From Novosphingobium sp. (GTDB taxonomy: Bacteria > Pseudomonadota > Alphaproteobacteria > Sphingomonadales > Sphingomonadaceae), in the NCBI GenBank assembly GCA_041912655.1, contig JAYRMP010000003.1:5711-69710 (forward strand): a stretch of 64,000 nt of DNA, read 5' to 3'. This document shows positions 39,902 to 48,231 of this stretch, in pieces. Positions within the stretch are counted from its first letter, which is position 1. The number at the start of each line of letters is the position of its first letter. Both the position numbers and the translations under genes were made by a program. The notes under the pieces are model-generated. The model was not told the DNA's origin and made no database searches. It worked only from the letters and a program-made list of their open reading frames with translations.

Positions 39902-41074
39902 TCAGACTTCGATCAGGATCGCACCGGCCTGGCCGCCGCCAGCGCACATGGTTGCCACACCCAGACCGCCGCCGCGGCGTTCGAGGTCGCGGATCAGGGT
40001 GGCGATCATCCGGCCGCCCGAAGCGCCGACCGGGTGACCAAGCGAGCAGCCCGAACCGGACACGTTGACCAGATCCTCGTTCAGCGCGAAGTGCTTCACG
40101 GCGGCGATCGGCACGCTGGCGAACGCCTCGTTGATTTCCCACAGCGCAACGTCTTCCGCCTTGCGGCCGGCCCGGCGCAGCAGCTTGGCGATCACGTCGA
40201 TCACCGCCACCCCGGTGCGATAGGGATCGGCCCCGATCGAAGTCCACCCCACGATCCGCGCCCGCTGGCGCAGACCATTGGCGGCGGCGAACTCATCGCG
40301 CGTCACCACGATCGCACTGGCGGCATCGTTGACCCCGCTGGCATTGCCGGCGGTGATCGAAAAGCCCTCGATCTCCGGGTGAAGCGGCTTCAGCGTGGCG
40401 AGTTTCTCCAGCGAGGAATCGCGGCGCGGATGTTCGTCGACGGCAAAGGCGAAGCTGCTGCCATCCGCCGCGGTCGCGGTGACCGGGACGATTTCCTCGG
40501 CAAAGTGGCCGGCGTCGATGGCAGCGACGGCTCGCTGGTGGCTGCGGACGGCCCAGGCGTCCATTTCTTCGCGGGTGATCCCGGCGATCTGCGCGGTGTT
40601 CCAGCCCACCGTGATCGACATGTCGCGGTTGGGCGCGTCGGCGCGGTCCGGATGGGTCGGCGGCATCCACGGCGTCTGGACCTCGCCAGTCATCGGATCG
40701 CGCCACGACAGGATCGGGCTGGTCGAACTGGACTGCACGCCGCCCGCGACGATGAGGTCTTCCATGCCGGACAGCACCTGCGCTGCGGCGAGGCCGGTCG
40801 ACACCAGGCTGCCCGCGCAGTGGCGATTGATGGCCAGCCCGCCAGATGCGGTCAGCCCGGCCTCGATCGCGGCGTGGCGGGCAATGTCGCCGCCGCCGGC
40901 CAGCGATTCCGCGAAGATCACGTCGTCGACCAGTTCCGGGGCCAGGCCCGCCCGTTCCACCGCAGCCACAAGGACGGTCCGGGCCAGATGCTCCGCGCTA
41001 GTGAAGGCCAAACTACCCTTGCGGGCGGTGGCGACCGGGGTGCGGATGGCCTCTACGATGACGGCTTGTGACAT
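39902..41074 (-). CDS. Acetyl-CoA C-acyltransferase (thiolase)
   Basis: IRTP, INRHCAGS (catalytic Cys), TAGNASGVND, EINEAFA, GHPVGASG, MCAGGGQA. Confidence 0.93.
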   Translation of the reverse strand: MSQAVIVEAIRTPVATARKGSLAFTSAEHLARTVLVAAVERAGLAPELVDDVIFAESLAGGGDIARHAAIEAGLTASGGLAINRHCAGSLVSTGLAAAQVLSGMEDLIVAGGVQSSSTSPILSWRDPMTGEVQTPWMPPTHPDRADAPNRDMSITVGWNTAQIAGITREEMDAWAVRSHQRAVAAIDAGHFAEEIVPVTATAADGSSFAFAVDEHPRRDSSLEKLATLKPLHPEIEGFSITAGNASGVNDAASAIVVTRDEFAAANGLRQRARIVGWTSIGADPYRTGVAVIDVIAKLLRRAGRKAEDVALWEINEAFASVPIAAVKHFALNEDLVNVSGSGCSLGHPVGASGGRMIATLIRDLERRGGGLGVATMCAGGGQAGAILIEV

Positions 41075-41336
41075 GGTGCGGGGCCCTTCTTTCGAAAATT
41101 GATGGATCGTCAACCACCCCTCGCGCAGATCCCCCGGCTTGGCAAGGCAGAGCCGAGCAAATTACCGTAAAGGAAGGTGGCAGGTTTGCCATGTCCGCCT
41201 CCCTCGCACCCCACCTGTGGGTTTTCCGCCCAAGTTCTTCATCGACTGCACGAACCACTCGTACGATCTGGCGATCAAGGTGGAGGTTCATCGCAGGCGG
41301 GCCGCTCGGCTGCATTCCGGGCGCCCATTCGCGCAA

Positions 41337-42203
41337 TCACTCCCCTCTCTCCAATGCAGAAACGATATGCTGGGCAAGCCGGTGGGCGGTCTGGGAGAGC
41401 CCGGGCGCCTCGATCAGGGCGATCTCCGTATCGTAGAGCGGCGGCAGGCCCGGATCGTCGAAGATCGGCTTCAGATAGGACGGGACCATCTCGCGGGGGA
41501 GCACGGTGATGCCAAGGCCCGCATTGACTGCCGATTGGCTGCCGGCAAGGCTGGTGGAAGTATAGGCGACCCGCCATTTCCGGCCCACCGCTTCCAGCGC
41601 ATCGATCGCCCGCTTGCGATAGACGCAGGGTTCCGGAGACACCACCAGAGGCACGGTTTCCAGGCCCGAGGCCGCGAGCTGGTCGCGGGCCACCCAGACC
41701 AGCGGTTCGCGCCACACCCTGACGCCGTCGAGCCGCGCGGAAGGCTCCCGTTTCACGAGGACAAGGTCGAATGCTCCGCCGTGGAACCTGTCGAGCAGGT
41801 TCAGGGTGAGATCGCAGGTTACCTCGAATTCCACGAGCGGGTGCGCCTTGGCGAAGGCGGACAGCACTGCGGGCAGATGCGCCGTTGCAAAGTCCTCGGG
41901 CACGCCGATCCGCACCCGACCGGCAATGTCCGGTTCGAACAGCTGCGCTATCGCCGCATCGTTGAGCCGAAGGAGTTGCCGCGCCGGGCCGAGCAGCCGT
42001 TCCCCTTCCTGAGTGAGGCTGAGCGAGCGGGGCGTTCGCGCGAATACGGCGCGTCCCAGCTGGTCCTCCAGGCGTTTGACCTGCAGGCTGATGGTCGATT
42101 GGGTGCGGCCCAGGCGGTCGCCGGCGCGGGTGAAGCTACCGGTTTCGGCAATGGTGACGAAGCACCGCAACAGGTCGAGGTCGAGAGTTCTGGTTCCTGG
42201 CAT
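41337..42203 (-). CDS. LysR-family transcriptional regulator
   Basis: LDLDLLRCFV.IAETGSFTRAG..L.RTQSTISLQVKRLE..LG; RIGVPEDFA substrate domain; divergent from dabB. Confidence 0.93.
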   Translation of the reverse strand: MPGTRTLDLDLLRCFVTIAETGSFTRAGDRLGRTQSTISLQVKRLEDQLGRAVFARTPRSLSLTQEGERLLGPARQLLRLNDAAIAQLFEPDIAGRVRIGVPEDFATAHLPAVLSAFAKAHPLVEFEVTCDLTLNLLDRFHGGAFDLVLVKREPSARLDGVRVWREPLVWVARDQLAASGLETVPLVVSPEPCVYRKRAIDALEAVGRKWRVAYTSTSLAGSQSAVNAGLGITVLPREMVPSYLKPIFDDPGLPPLYDTEIALIEAPGLSQTAHRLAQHIVSALERGE

Positions 42204-42224
42204 GGCGGCAGCTTCAGCGCTTGC

Positions 42225-42272
42225 CATTTCATTTGTCAATGATTGGTATTTCAATAACTCGTTTCAACAATG
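42225..42272. promoter_or_regulatory. Candidate LysR binding region / divergent promoter
   Basis: AT-rich tract with CATT-N9-AATG dyad (T42227-N11-A42239) and ATTG-N6-CAAT at 42242-42255. Confidence 0.5.
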
Positions 42273-42312
42273 ATATGCGCGGCGACATATGGCCCCCCGA
42301 AAGGAGGGTCAG

Positions 42313-43692
42313 ATGCAGCTTTCGCAAGTTCAATCCACCAGTGCACCGGCCTGGCCGCTGGCCGTGATTCTCTGGCTGGGGCTTGGCGCCGTGGTTGCAG
42401 GGATCGTCACGCGGCCGGACCTGGCCGAGGCGTCGGGCCTGCCGCTGGCGATCGGCCTCCTGACCCTGTTCGTCGCGGCAATCGTGGCGAGCTTCTCGCT
42501 GCGCTACATGCGCGCCGACGGACGCTCCACCCGTTTTTTTGCGACGCTGGGGGCGCTGGTCGCAGCCGTGCTGGTCCTGCTGTTCACCGCCAATCTGATC
42601 GTCATGGCGGCGGCGTGGTGCGCCAGCGGGTGGCTGCTGGCCGGATTGATCGGTCACAGGCATGGCTGGAGCGAAGCCGCATCCGCTGCCCGGCGCGCAC
42701 GGCTGGCGTTCCTGGCCGGGGATGCCGCGCTGCTGGCCGGGCTTGGCCTGCTATGCTGGCACGCCGGTTCCTGGCAGGCCGACGCGGTCCTGGCCGGTGC
42801 TGCCACCCTGCCGCCGCTGCTTGCCAATGCGGCGTCGCTGCTGCTGGTTGCCGGTGCGGTCGCGCGCTGCGCGCTGCCGCCGTTTTCCGGCTGGCTGCTC
42901 TCGTCGATGACCGCACCCACACCGGTCTCGGCGCTGATGCACGCCGGACTGGTCAATGCCGGCGGTTTCCTGCTGATCCGCTTCGCCCCGGTGCTGGAAG
43001 CGGCTCCGGTTGCCCGGATGACGGCGGTGGCGCTGGGCCTGTGCGGCGCTATCTACGGCGTCGGCGTCATGCTGGTGCGGCCTGACGTGAAGCGCGCGCT
43101 CGCCGGCTCCACCATATCGCAGATGGGCTTCATGATCATGAGCTGCGGCCTGGGCGCCTATGCGGCGGCGCTCTGGCACATCATCGCCCACGGTCTGTTC
43201 AAGGCTTGGCTGTTCCTCGGCTCCGGCTCGGCGATCGGGATGAAGTCGGGAAAGCCGGCCGCCCTGTCCGGCGGAGCGGCGCTGGTCATCGCAGCGGGAA
43301 CCGTCGGGGTGGCCTTCTCCATCCTCTCCTTCGGCAATGCCGACGCCAGCCTCGTCCCCTTGCTGCTCGGGCTCGCGACGGCGGTTGCGACGCTGGTCGC
43401 CGCGCTGGGCGGCAGGGTGCCGGTGCGGGTGAAGGGGATGCTGGTGCTGGCGCTGGCCGTCCTGATCGCCTTCCACGGCGCCGGCCTGGCCCTGGCAGCC
43501 CGCGCGGTCGGCGCGGATGGGACGCCCCTTGTGCCGGAATGGGCGCTGCTCGCCCTGCTGGCGATCTTCCTCGGCGCGTGGGTCTGGCAGCAGCAGCGCG
43601 TGTCGAGTGGGCGCGGGCTGCCGCTGCCGCTCTACGTCCACCTCATCAATGCCGGCACGCTGCCTGCCGCCGGCAAGGGAGAAGCGCAATGA
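42313..43692 (+). CDS. dabB: DabB/MpsA-type NuoL(ND5)-like membrane subunit
   Basis: Highly hydrophobic; PFSGWLLSSMTAPTPVSALMHAGLVNAGG, DVKRALAGSTISQMGFM, HIIAHGLFKAWLFL; SD AAGGAGG; adjacent to DUF2309. Confidence 0.88.
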   Translation: MQLSQVQSTSAPAWPLAVILWLGLGAVVAGIVTRPDLAEASGLPLAIGLLTLFVAAIVASFSLRYMRADGRSTRFFATLGALVAAVLVLLFTANLIVMAAAWCASGWLLAGLIGHRHGWSEAASAARRARLAFLAGDAALLAGLGLLCWHAGSWQADAVLAGAATLPPLLANAASLLLVAGAVARCALPPFSGWLLSSMTAPTPVSALMHAGLVNAGGFLLIRFAPVLEAAPVARMTAVALGLCGAIYGVGVMLVRPDVKRALAGSTISQMGFMIMSCGLGAYAAALWHIIAHGLFKAWLFLGSGSAIGMKSGKPAALSGGAALVIAAGTVGVAFSILSFGNADASLVPLLLGLATAVATLVAALGGRVPVRVKGMLVLALAVLIAFHGAGLALAARAVGADGTPLVPEWALLALLAIFLGAWVWQQQRVSSGRGLPLPLYVHLINAGTLPAAGKGEAQ

Positions 43693-46235
43693 ACATGATG
43701 ACTCCCCTGACCGCGGTCGACCCGATCCTGACCCGGACCGAAGTGGCCGGTCTGGTGGCGCTGGCGGCCCGCACGGTTCCCCCGATCTGGCCGCTCGAAA
43801 GCGCAATCGCGGTCAATCCGCTCGCCGGGTTCGAGGAAATGCCGTTCGAAGAGGCGGTCCGGCTGGCTGCGCGCAGGTTCGGCGCCCGGACCAGCCTGCC
43901 GCTCGCCAAGTGGCGCAGGCTGCTTGCTGACGGCAAGCTCGAGGAACGGACTCTGCGGGACGCCGCGATCCGCAAACTGGGCGGGCTGAACGCGGCCTTC
44001 GAACTGATCGGCCCGAACCTTTCGCGGCTCGACCTGCTGATGGCACGGCTGCTGGACCTGCCCGCCGAGCAGGAGAGGCTTGCCCCGGCGTCGCTCCCCG
44101 CCGATGCGGCCTTCATTGCCAAGTGGTGCGCGGCCTTCTTCGATCAGGGGCAGGCGGCCAGTCCCATGCCCAATCGCAACCTTGGCCTGTACCGCGCCGC
44201 GCTGGCGGCCATCGCCCATGATGCTGAGTACCGCGCGCTGACCGGTGAGAGCGGCCGGCACCTGTTGCTCAGCGTTCCGCGGGATCCGCTAGAAGCCATC
44301 GCTGAAGGACTGGTCGCGCTCGGCATCCTGCCCGGCGAGGAGGAAGCGAAGCTCGCCGGGCTTGTCGCCCGCCTGCCCGGCTGGGCGGGCCACATCCGCT
44401 GGCGCACCGAGCATGCCGATCCGGATATCGCCGCCGGTTCGCCGGCGGGAATGGCCGATCTGCTGGCGCTGTGGCTGCTGCTGGAACGCACGGGCGCGGC
44501 CTCTGATCGTCCTGCAGCGGCGCCCGCTGTCGATGTCGCGGCCCAACTGGCGCTCCATTTCGGCCTTGCGGATGTGACTGCCCGGGCTTTGGGCCGCGAG
44601 GGCCATGCCCGGTTTGCAGCCATCGCGGCGATGGATGAAGGCGCGCTTGGGGCGGTCTTCCAGATTGCGACAGAGTGGACCTATCGCAACAGCCTAGCGC
44701 CCCGGCTTCAGGCCGCCGCGACAAGCCCGGCTGCGGCCGACAGGCCCGACGCGCAGCTGGTGTTCTGCATCGATGTCCGCTCCGAACCGCTGCGACGGGC
44801 GCTGGAGGCCGAAGGCAATTACGAGACGTTGGGCTATGCCGGCTTCTTCGGCCTGCCGGTCGCGCTGCACCGGCATGGCGACGAGCGGCGGACCCGGCTG
44901 CTGCCGGTCCTGCTCGCGCCGCAGCACGATGTGGCCGAAGCCCCAGTCCCCGGACGGGAGCAGGAGGCCGCCAGGCTCGCCGCCAGCCAGGCGCAAGCCC
45001 GGCGCGCATCGGCCCTGTTCGATGCCGGCAAGCAGGGCAGCGCAACCGCCTTCGCCACGGCAGAAGCAACCGGGCCGATCGCCGGCCTGCTGATGGCCGC
45101 GCGCACGCTAGCGCCGGGGCTGGCAAGGCGGATCGGTTCTACCTTCTCGCCTTCCCGCGCGGAAGTCCTGGCTCCAGCCCTTGACCAGCATGAGGCGGGC
45201 CACCCGGCCTTCACCCCCGAAGAGAAAATCGGCTTTGCCCTGTCGCTGTTCAAGCTGACGGGCCTCACTGCCCGGACCGCCCGGCTCGTCGTGCTGGTTG
45301 GCCATGGCGGCAGCGCGGTGAACAATCCCTATGCCGCGGCGCTCGATTGCGGAGCCTGCGGCGGCAATGCCGGCGGTTCGAACGCGCGGATGCTGGCGGC
45401 CATCCTCAATGATCCGGCGGTGCGAGCCGGGCTGGCGGCGAGGGGCATCGCCCTCACGGAAACGACCTGGTTCATCGCCGCCGAGCATAACACGACGACC
45501 GACGAGGTGGCCATCTTCGACCGGTGCGGGGTCCCCGAAAGCCATCGCGGCGATCTTGAGGCCCTGATGGGCAGCCTTGCCCGGGCCGGCGCGGCCAATC
45601 GGCAGCGACGCGCGGCCCTGCTCGGACGGAGAGCCGGCGACCTGCTGACGGGCGCGGTGCACTGGGGCGAGGTCCGGCCTGAATGGGGCCTCGCCGGGAA
45701 CGCAGCGTTCATTGTCGGCCCGCGCGCGCTAACCCGGGAGATCGATCTTGAAGGCCGCGCCTTCCTGCACAGCTACGACTGGCAGGCGGACGGCGATGGC
45801 ACGGCACTGACCACGGTCCTGACCGCGCCGATGGTCGTGGCGCAGTGGATCAACTGTCAGTACCTGTTCTCGACCATCGACAACGACCGCTACGGCTCGG
45901 GCGACAAGATCACCCAGAACGTCGTCGGCGGGATCGGCGTGCTGCAAGGCAATGGCGGCGACCTGAGGGTGGGGCTACCGCGCCAGTCTCTGTTCACCGA
46001 TGACGGGACGCCCTTCCACGTGCCGCAGCGGCTGCTGACCGTGGTCCTCGCCCCCTTCGCGCAGGTCGAGCGCGTGGTGGCATCGAACGACATCCTGGGC
46101 CGGCTGTTCGGCAACGGCTGGGTCACGCTGGTGGTCATCGATCCGCACACCGGCAAGGCCCTGCGCTGGCGCCCGGACTCTGAACTGCAAGCGGCTGGCG
46201 CCGCCCCTGCCACAACCTGTCAACAGGAGGTTTGA
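43689..46235 (+). CDS. dabA: DabA/MpsB (DUF2309) beta-carbonic-anhydrase-like subunit
   Basis: P.WPL...AVNP, RLPGWAG, FCIDVRSE, T.GYAGFFG, GHG....NNPYAAALDCGACGG, EHNTTTD, W.EVRPEWGLAGNA, FLHSYD, APMVVAQWIN.QY; ATG 43689 overlaps the dabB stop. Confidence 0.93.
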   Translation: MNMMTPLTAVDPILTRTEVAGLVALAARTVPPIWPLESAIAVNPLAGFEEMPFEEAVRLAARRFGARTSLPLAKWRRLLADGKLEERTLRDAAIRKLGGLNAAFELIGPNLSRLDLLMARLLDLPAEQERLAPASLPADAAFIAKWCAAFFDQGQAASPMPNRNLGLYRAALAAIAHDAEYRALTGESGRHLLLSVPRDPLEAIAEGLVALGILPGEEEAKLAGLVARLPGWAGHIRWRTEHADPDIAAGSPAGMADLLALWLLLERTGAASDRPAAAPAVDVAAQLALHFGLADVTARALGREGHARFAAIAAMDEGALGAVFQIATEWTYRNSLAPRLQAAATSPAAADRPDAQLVFCIDVRSEPLRRALEAEGNYETLGYAGFFGLPVALHRHGDERRTRLLPVLLAPQHDVAEAPVPGREQEAARLAASQAQARRASALFDAGKQGSATAFATAEATGPIAGLLMAARTLAPGLARRIGSTFSPSRAEVLAPALDQHEAGHPAFTPEEKIGFALSLFKLTGLTARTARLVVLVGHGGSAVNNPYAAALDCGACGGNAGGSNARMLAAILNDPAVRAGLAARGIALTETTWFIAAEHNTTTDEVAIFDRCGVPESHRGDLEALMGSLARAGAANRQRRAALLGRRAGDLLTGAVHWGEVRPEWGLAGNAAFIVGPRALTREIDLEGRAFLHSYDWQADGDGTALTTVLTAPMVVAQWINCQYLFSTIDNDRYGSGDKITQNVVGGIGVLQGNGGDLRVGLPRQSLFTDDGTPFHVPQRLLTVVLAPFAQVERVVASNDILGRLFGNGWVTLVVIDPHTGKALRWRPDSELQAAGAAPATTCQQEV

Positions 46236-46237
46236 CC

Positions 46238-46588
46238 ATGACCAATGCTGCTTCTGGCGATCTGCGGCTCCACCGGCTGAAGAAGATCGAGATTGTTCTG
46301 CTGGCTGAGGACCACGCGCTTGTCGAAGATCTGCTCAAGGCGGCCGGGGTCGGCGGCTGGACCATGATCCGTGACGTTGCGGGGATGGGGCACAGCGGCT
46401 TCCACCAGGGCAAGACCATCTTCAACGACCAGAGCGGGCTCGTCATGTTTGTCGGGGTCGCCGAGGAAAAGATCATTGCCGACGTCGCACGCGGTCTTGC
46501 CCGCCTGTTCGAGAAGCGCCCGGGCGTGACATTCCTGTCCGACGTGGAGGTGATGCGTTCCGACTACTTTGCCAGGGCGGCTGCCTGA
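46238..46588 (+). CDS. PII-superfamily protein, SbtB-like
   Basis: LKKIEIV, GVGGWTMIRDVAGMGHSG, GVTFLSDVEVMR..YF follow the SbtB-like PII pattern; SD AGGAGG inside the dabA 3' end. Confidence 0.85.
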   Translation: MTNAASGDLRLHRLKKIEIVLLAEDHALVEDLLKAAGVGGWTMIRDVAGMGHSGFHQGKTIFNDQSGLVMFVGVAEEKIIADVARGLARLFEKRPGVTFLSDVEVMRSDYFARAAA

Positions 46589-46625
46589 CCGTCATGAGGC
46601 TTGGCCTGCCGGCTGCGCCTGCCGC

Positions 46626-46754
46626 TCAGTACAGCCGCGCCGGTTCTTCGGGGTGGTCCATCATCTGCCGCCGCAGCTGGCGTCCGTCGCTGGACCGGTC
46701 GAGCCAGACCATCACGGCCGCCAGCGCTGCGACCGCCATGAACACATACCGCAT
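46626..46754 (-). CDS. Small 42-aa single-TM protein (below the ORF-track cutoff)
   Basis: MRYVFMAVAALAAVMVWLDRSSDGRQLRRQMMDHPEEPARLY*; GGAG SD 5 nt upstream; mostly G/C-ending codons; lies in an otherwise empty gap. Confidence 0.6.
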   Translation of the reverse strand: MRYVFMAVAALAAVMVWLDRSSDGRQLRRQMMDHPEEPARLY

Positions 46755-46881
46755 GGATACTCCATCCGCCCCGCTTGCTGCCTGAAAGGTCCCCTGGTCG
46801 CGGCGGAAGATGCCGCGCCAGGGCTAAGACCGGGTTGCCGGACAGGGTGAGCGGACGCGGTTTCCGCGTTGCCGCGGGAAA

Positions 46882-47178
46882 TTAACGCTGCGCGCGCAGG
46901 TCCGCCCAATCGGGATGGCGGCGGAACATCGCTTCGACATAGGAGCAGGCGGGATCGACCGTGAAGCCTTGCTCCCGCGCGTCCCCGATCAGCGCCTCGA
47001 CCAGCCGCGCGGCGACGCCGCGTCCGCCGATTTCAGTGGGGACAAATGTGTGTTCGGCGACCCGCGCATTGCCTCGGCGCACCCAGGTGAGCCGGCCGAT
47101 GGCGCGCTCACCCGGCAGGTGGGCATGGTATTCGCCGGCATCGGCAGTGCCGTGGCGGGTGATGGTTACCTCGGTCAT
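46882..47178 (-). CDS. Small GNAT acetyltransferase (YjdJ-like)
   Basis: HTFVP...GGRGVA.RLV.....AREQG..V.PACSYV...F.RHPDW; SD GAGGAG. Confidence 0.85.
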   Translation of the reverse strand: MTEVTITRHGTADAGEYHAHLPGERAIGRLTWVRRGNARVAEHTFVPTEIGGRGVAARLVEALIGDAREQGFTVDPACSYVEAMFRRHPDWADLRAQR

Positions 47179-47229
47179 CGGCGGGGGACTCCTCTTGCTT
47201 GACGGGACACAGCCCATTCACCATGCAAG

Positions 47230-48231
47230 ATGGCGATGCAGTTCCTTTCCGACAATGCCGCAGCGGTCCATCCCGCAATCTGGCGCGCGATGCAGGCCGC
47301 CGACGCTCCCGACGCGCCCTATGACAACGATGTGATCAGCCAGCGGCTCGACGCGGCCTTTGCCGAGCTGTTCGGGCGCGACTGCGCGGTGCTGTGGGTG
47401 GCGACCGGCACTGCCGCCAACTGCCTGGCGCTGGCCACGCTGGTGCCGCCGCATGGCGGCGTGGTGTGCCACCGCGAGGCGCATATCGAGACCGACGAAT
47501 GCGGCGCGCCGGGCTTCTACACCCACGGTGCCAAGCTGCTGCTGGCGGAGGGAGAGGGCGCCAAACTGGAACCGGCGGGCATCGCGGCGGTGCTCGATGC
47601 GATTCGCAATGATGTCCACCAGGTCCAGGCTCACGCCCTGTCGGTGACGCAGGCGAGCGAATACGGGCGCTGTTATACGCCTGCCGAGATGGCGGCGCTA
47701 GCTGCCTTCGCGAAGGAGCGCGGGCTGCGGCTGCATGTCGATGGCGCGCGGTTCGGCAATGCGGTCGCGCACCTTCGCTGCACCCCGTGGCAAGCCTGCG
47801 CCGGGGCGGACGCGCTGTCGTTCGGCTGCGTCAAGAACGGCGGGCTGGGGGCCGAAGCGCTGGTGTTCTTCGATCCCACTCTGGCCGACCTCGCCCGGCT
47901 GCGGCGCAAGCGCGCGGGGCATCTGCAATCGAAAGGCCGGTTCCTCGCCGCGCAGATCCTTGCCATGCTGGACGGCGGACTGTGGCTGGACAACGCCCGC
48001 GCCGCAAACGCCGCCGCGCAGGAAATCGCCGGGGCGGCAGGCGAGCGGCTGCTCCATCCGGTCGAGGCCAACGAGATATTCCTTAGGGTCACGGCAGCCG
48101 AGCGCGAGGCGCTGCGGGCCCGGGGCTTTTCGTTCTATGACTGGGGGCCGGACGCGGCTCGGCTGGTCACTGCCTGGAACAGCGATCCGGCGCACGTCCT
48201 CGCGCTGGCTGCCGCGATCCGCGCACTGTGA
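47230..48231 (+). CDS. Low-specificity L-threonine aldolase family (PLP)
   Basis: FLSDN, TGTAAN.LAL, HIETDECGA, LHVDGARF.NA, SFGCVKNG, SKGRF, VEANE. Confidence 0.88.
   Translation: MAMQFLSDNAAAVHPAIWRAMQAADAPDAPYDNDVISQRLDAAFAELFGRDCAVLWVATGTAANCLALATLVPPHGGVVCHREAHIETDECGAPGFYTHGAKLLLAEGEGAKLEPAGIAAVLDAIRNDVHQVQAHALSVTQASEYGRCYTPAEMAALAAFAKERGLRLHVDGARFGNAVAHLRCTPWQACAGADALSFGCVKNGGLGAEALVFFDPTLADLARLRRKRAGHLQSKGRFLAAQILAMLDGGLWLDNARAANAAAQEIAGAAGERLLHPVEANEIFLRVTAAEREALRARGFSFYDWGPDAARLVTAWNSDPAHVLALAAAIRAL

Noticed and set aside
41158-41178. Second LiuR-like site (AATTACCGTAAAGGAAGG) upstream of the thiolase
   Set aside because: Too many mismatches to the palindrome to support by eye
43206-43688. 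Apparent 160-aa N-terminal extension of DabA (1009-aa ORF)
   Set aside because: It overlaps dabB out of frame and is Arg/Gly/Ala-rich; the real start is the ATGA-coupled ATG at 43689
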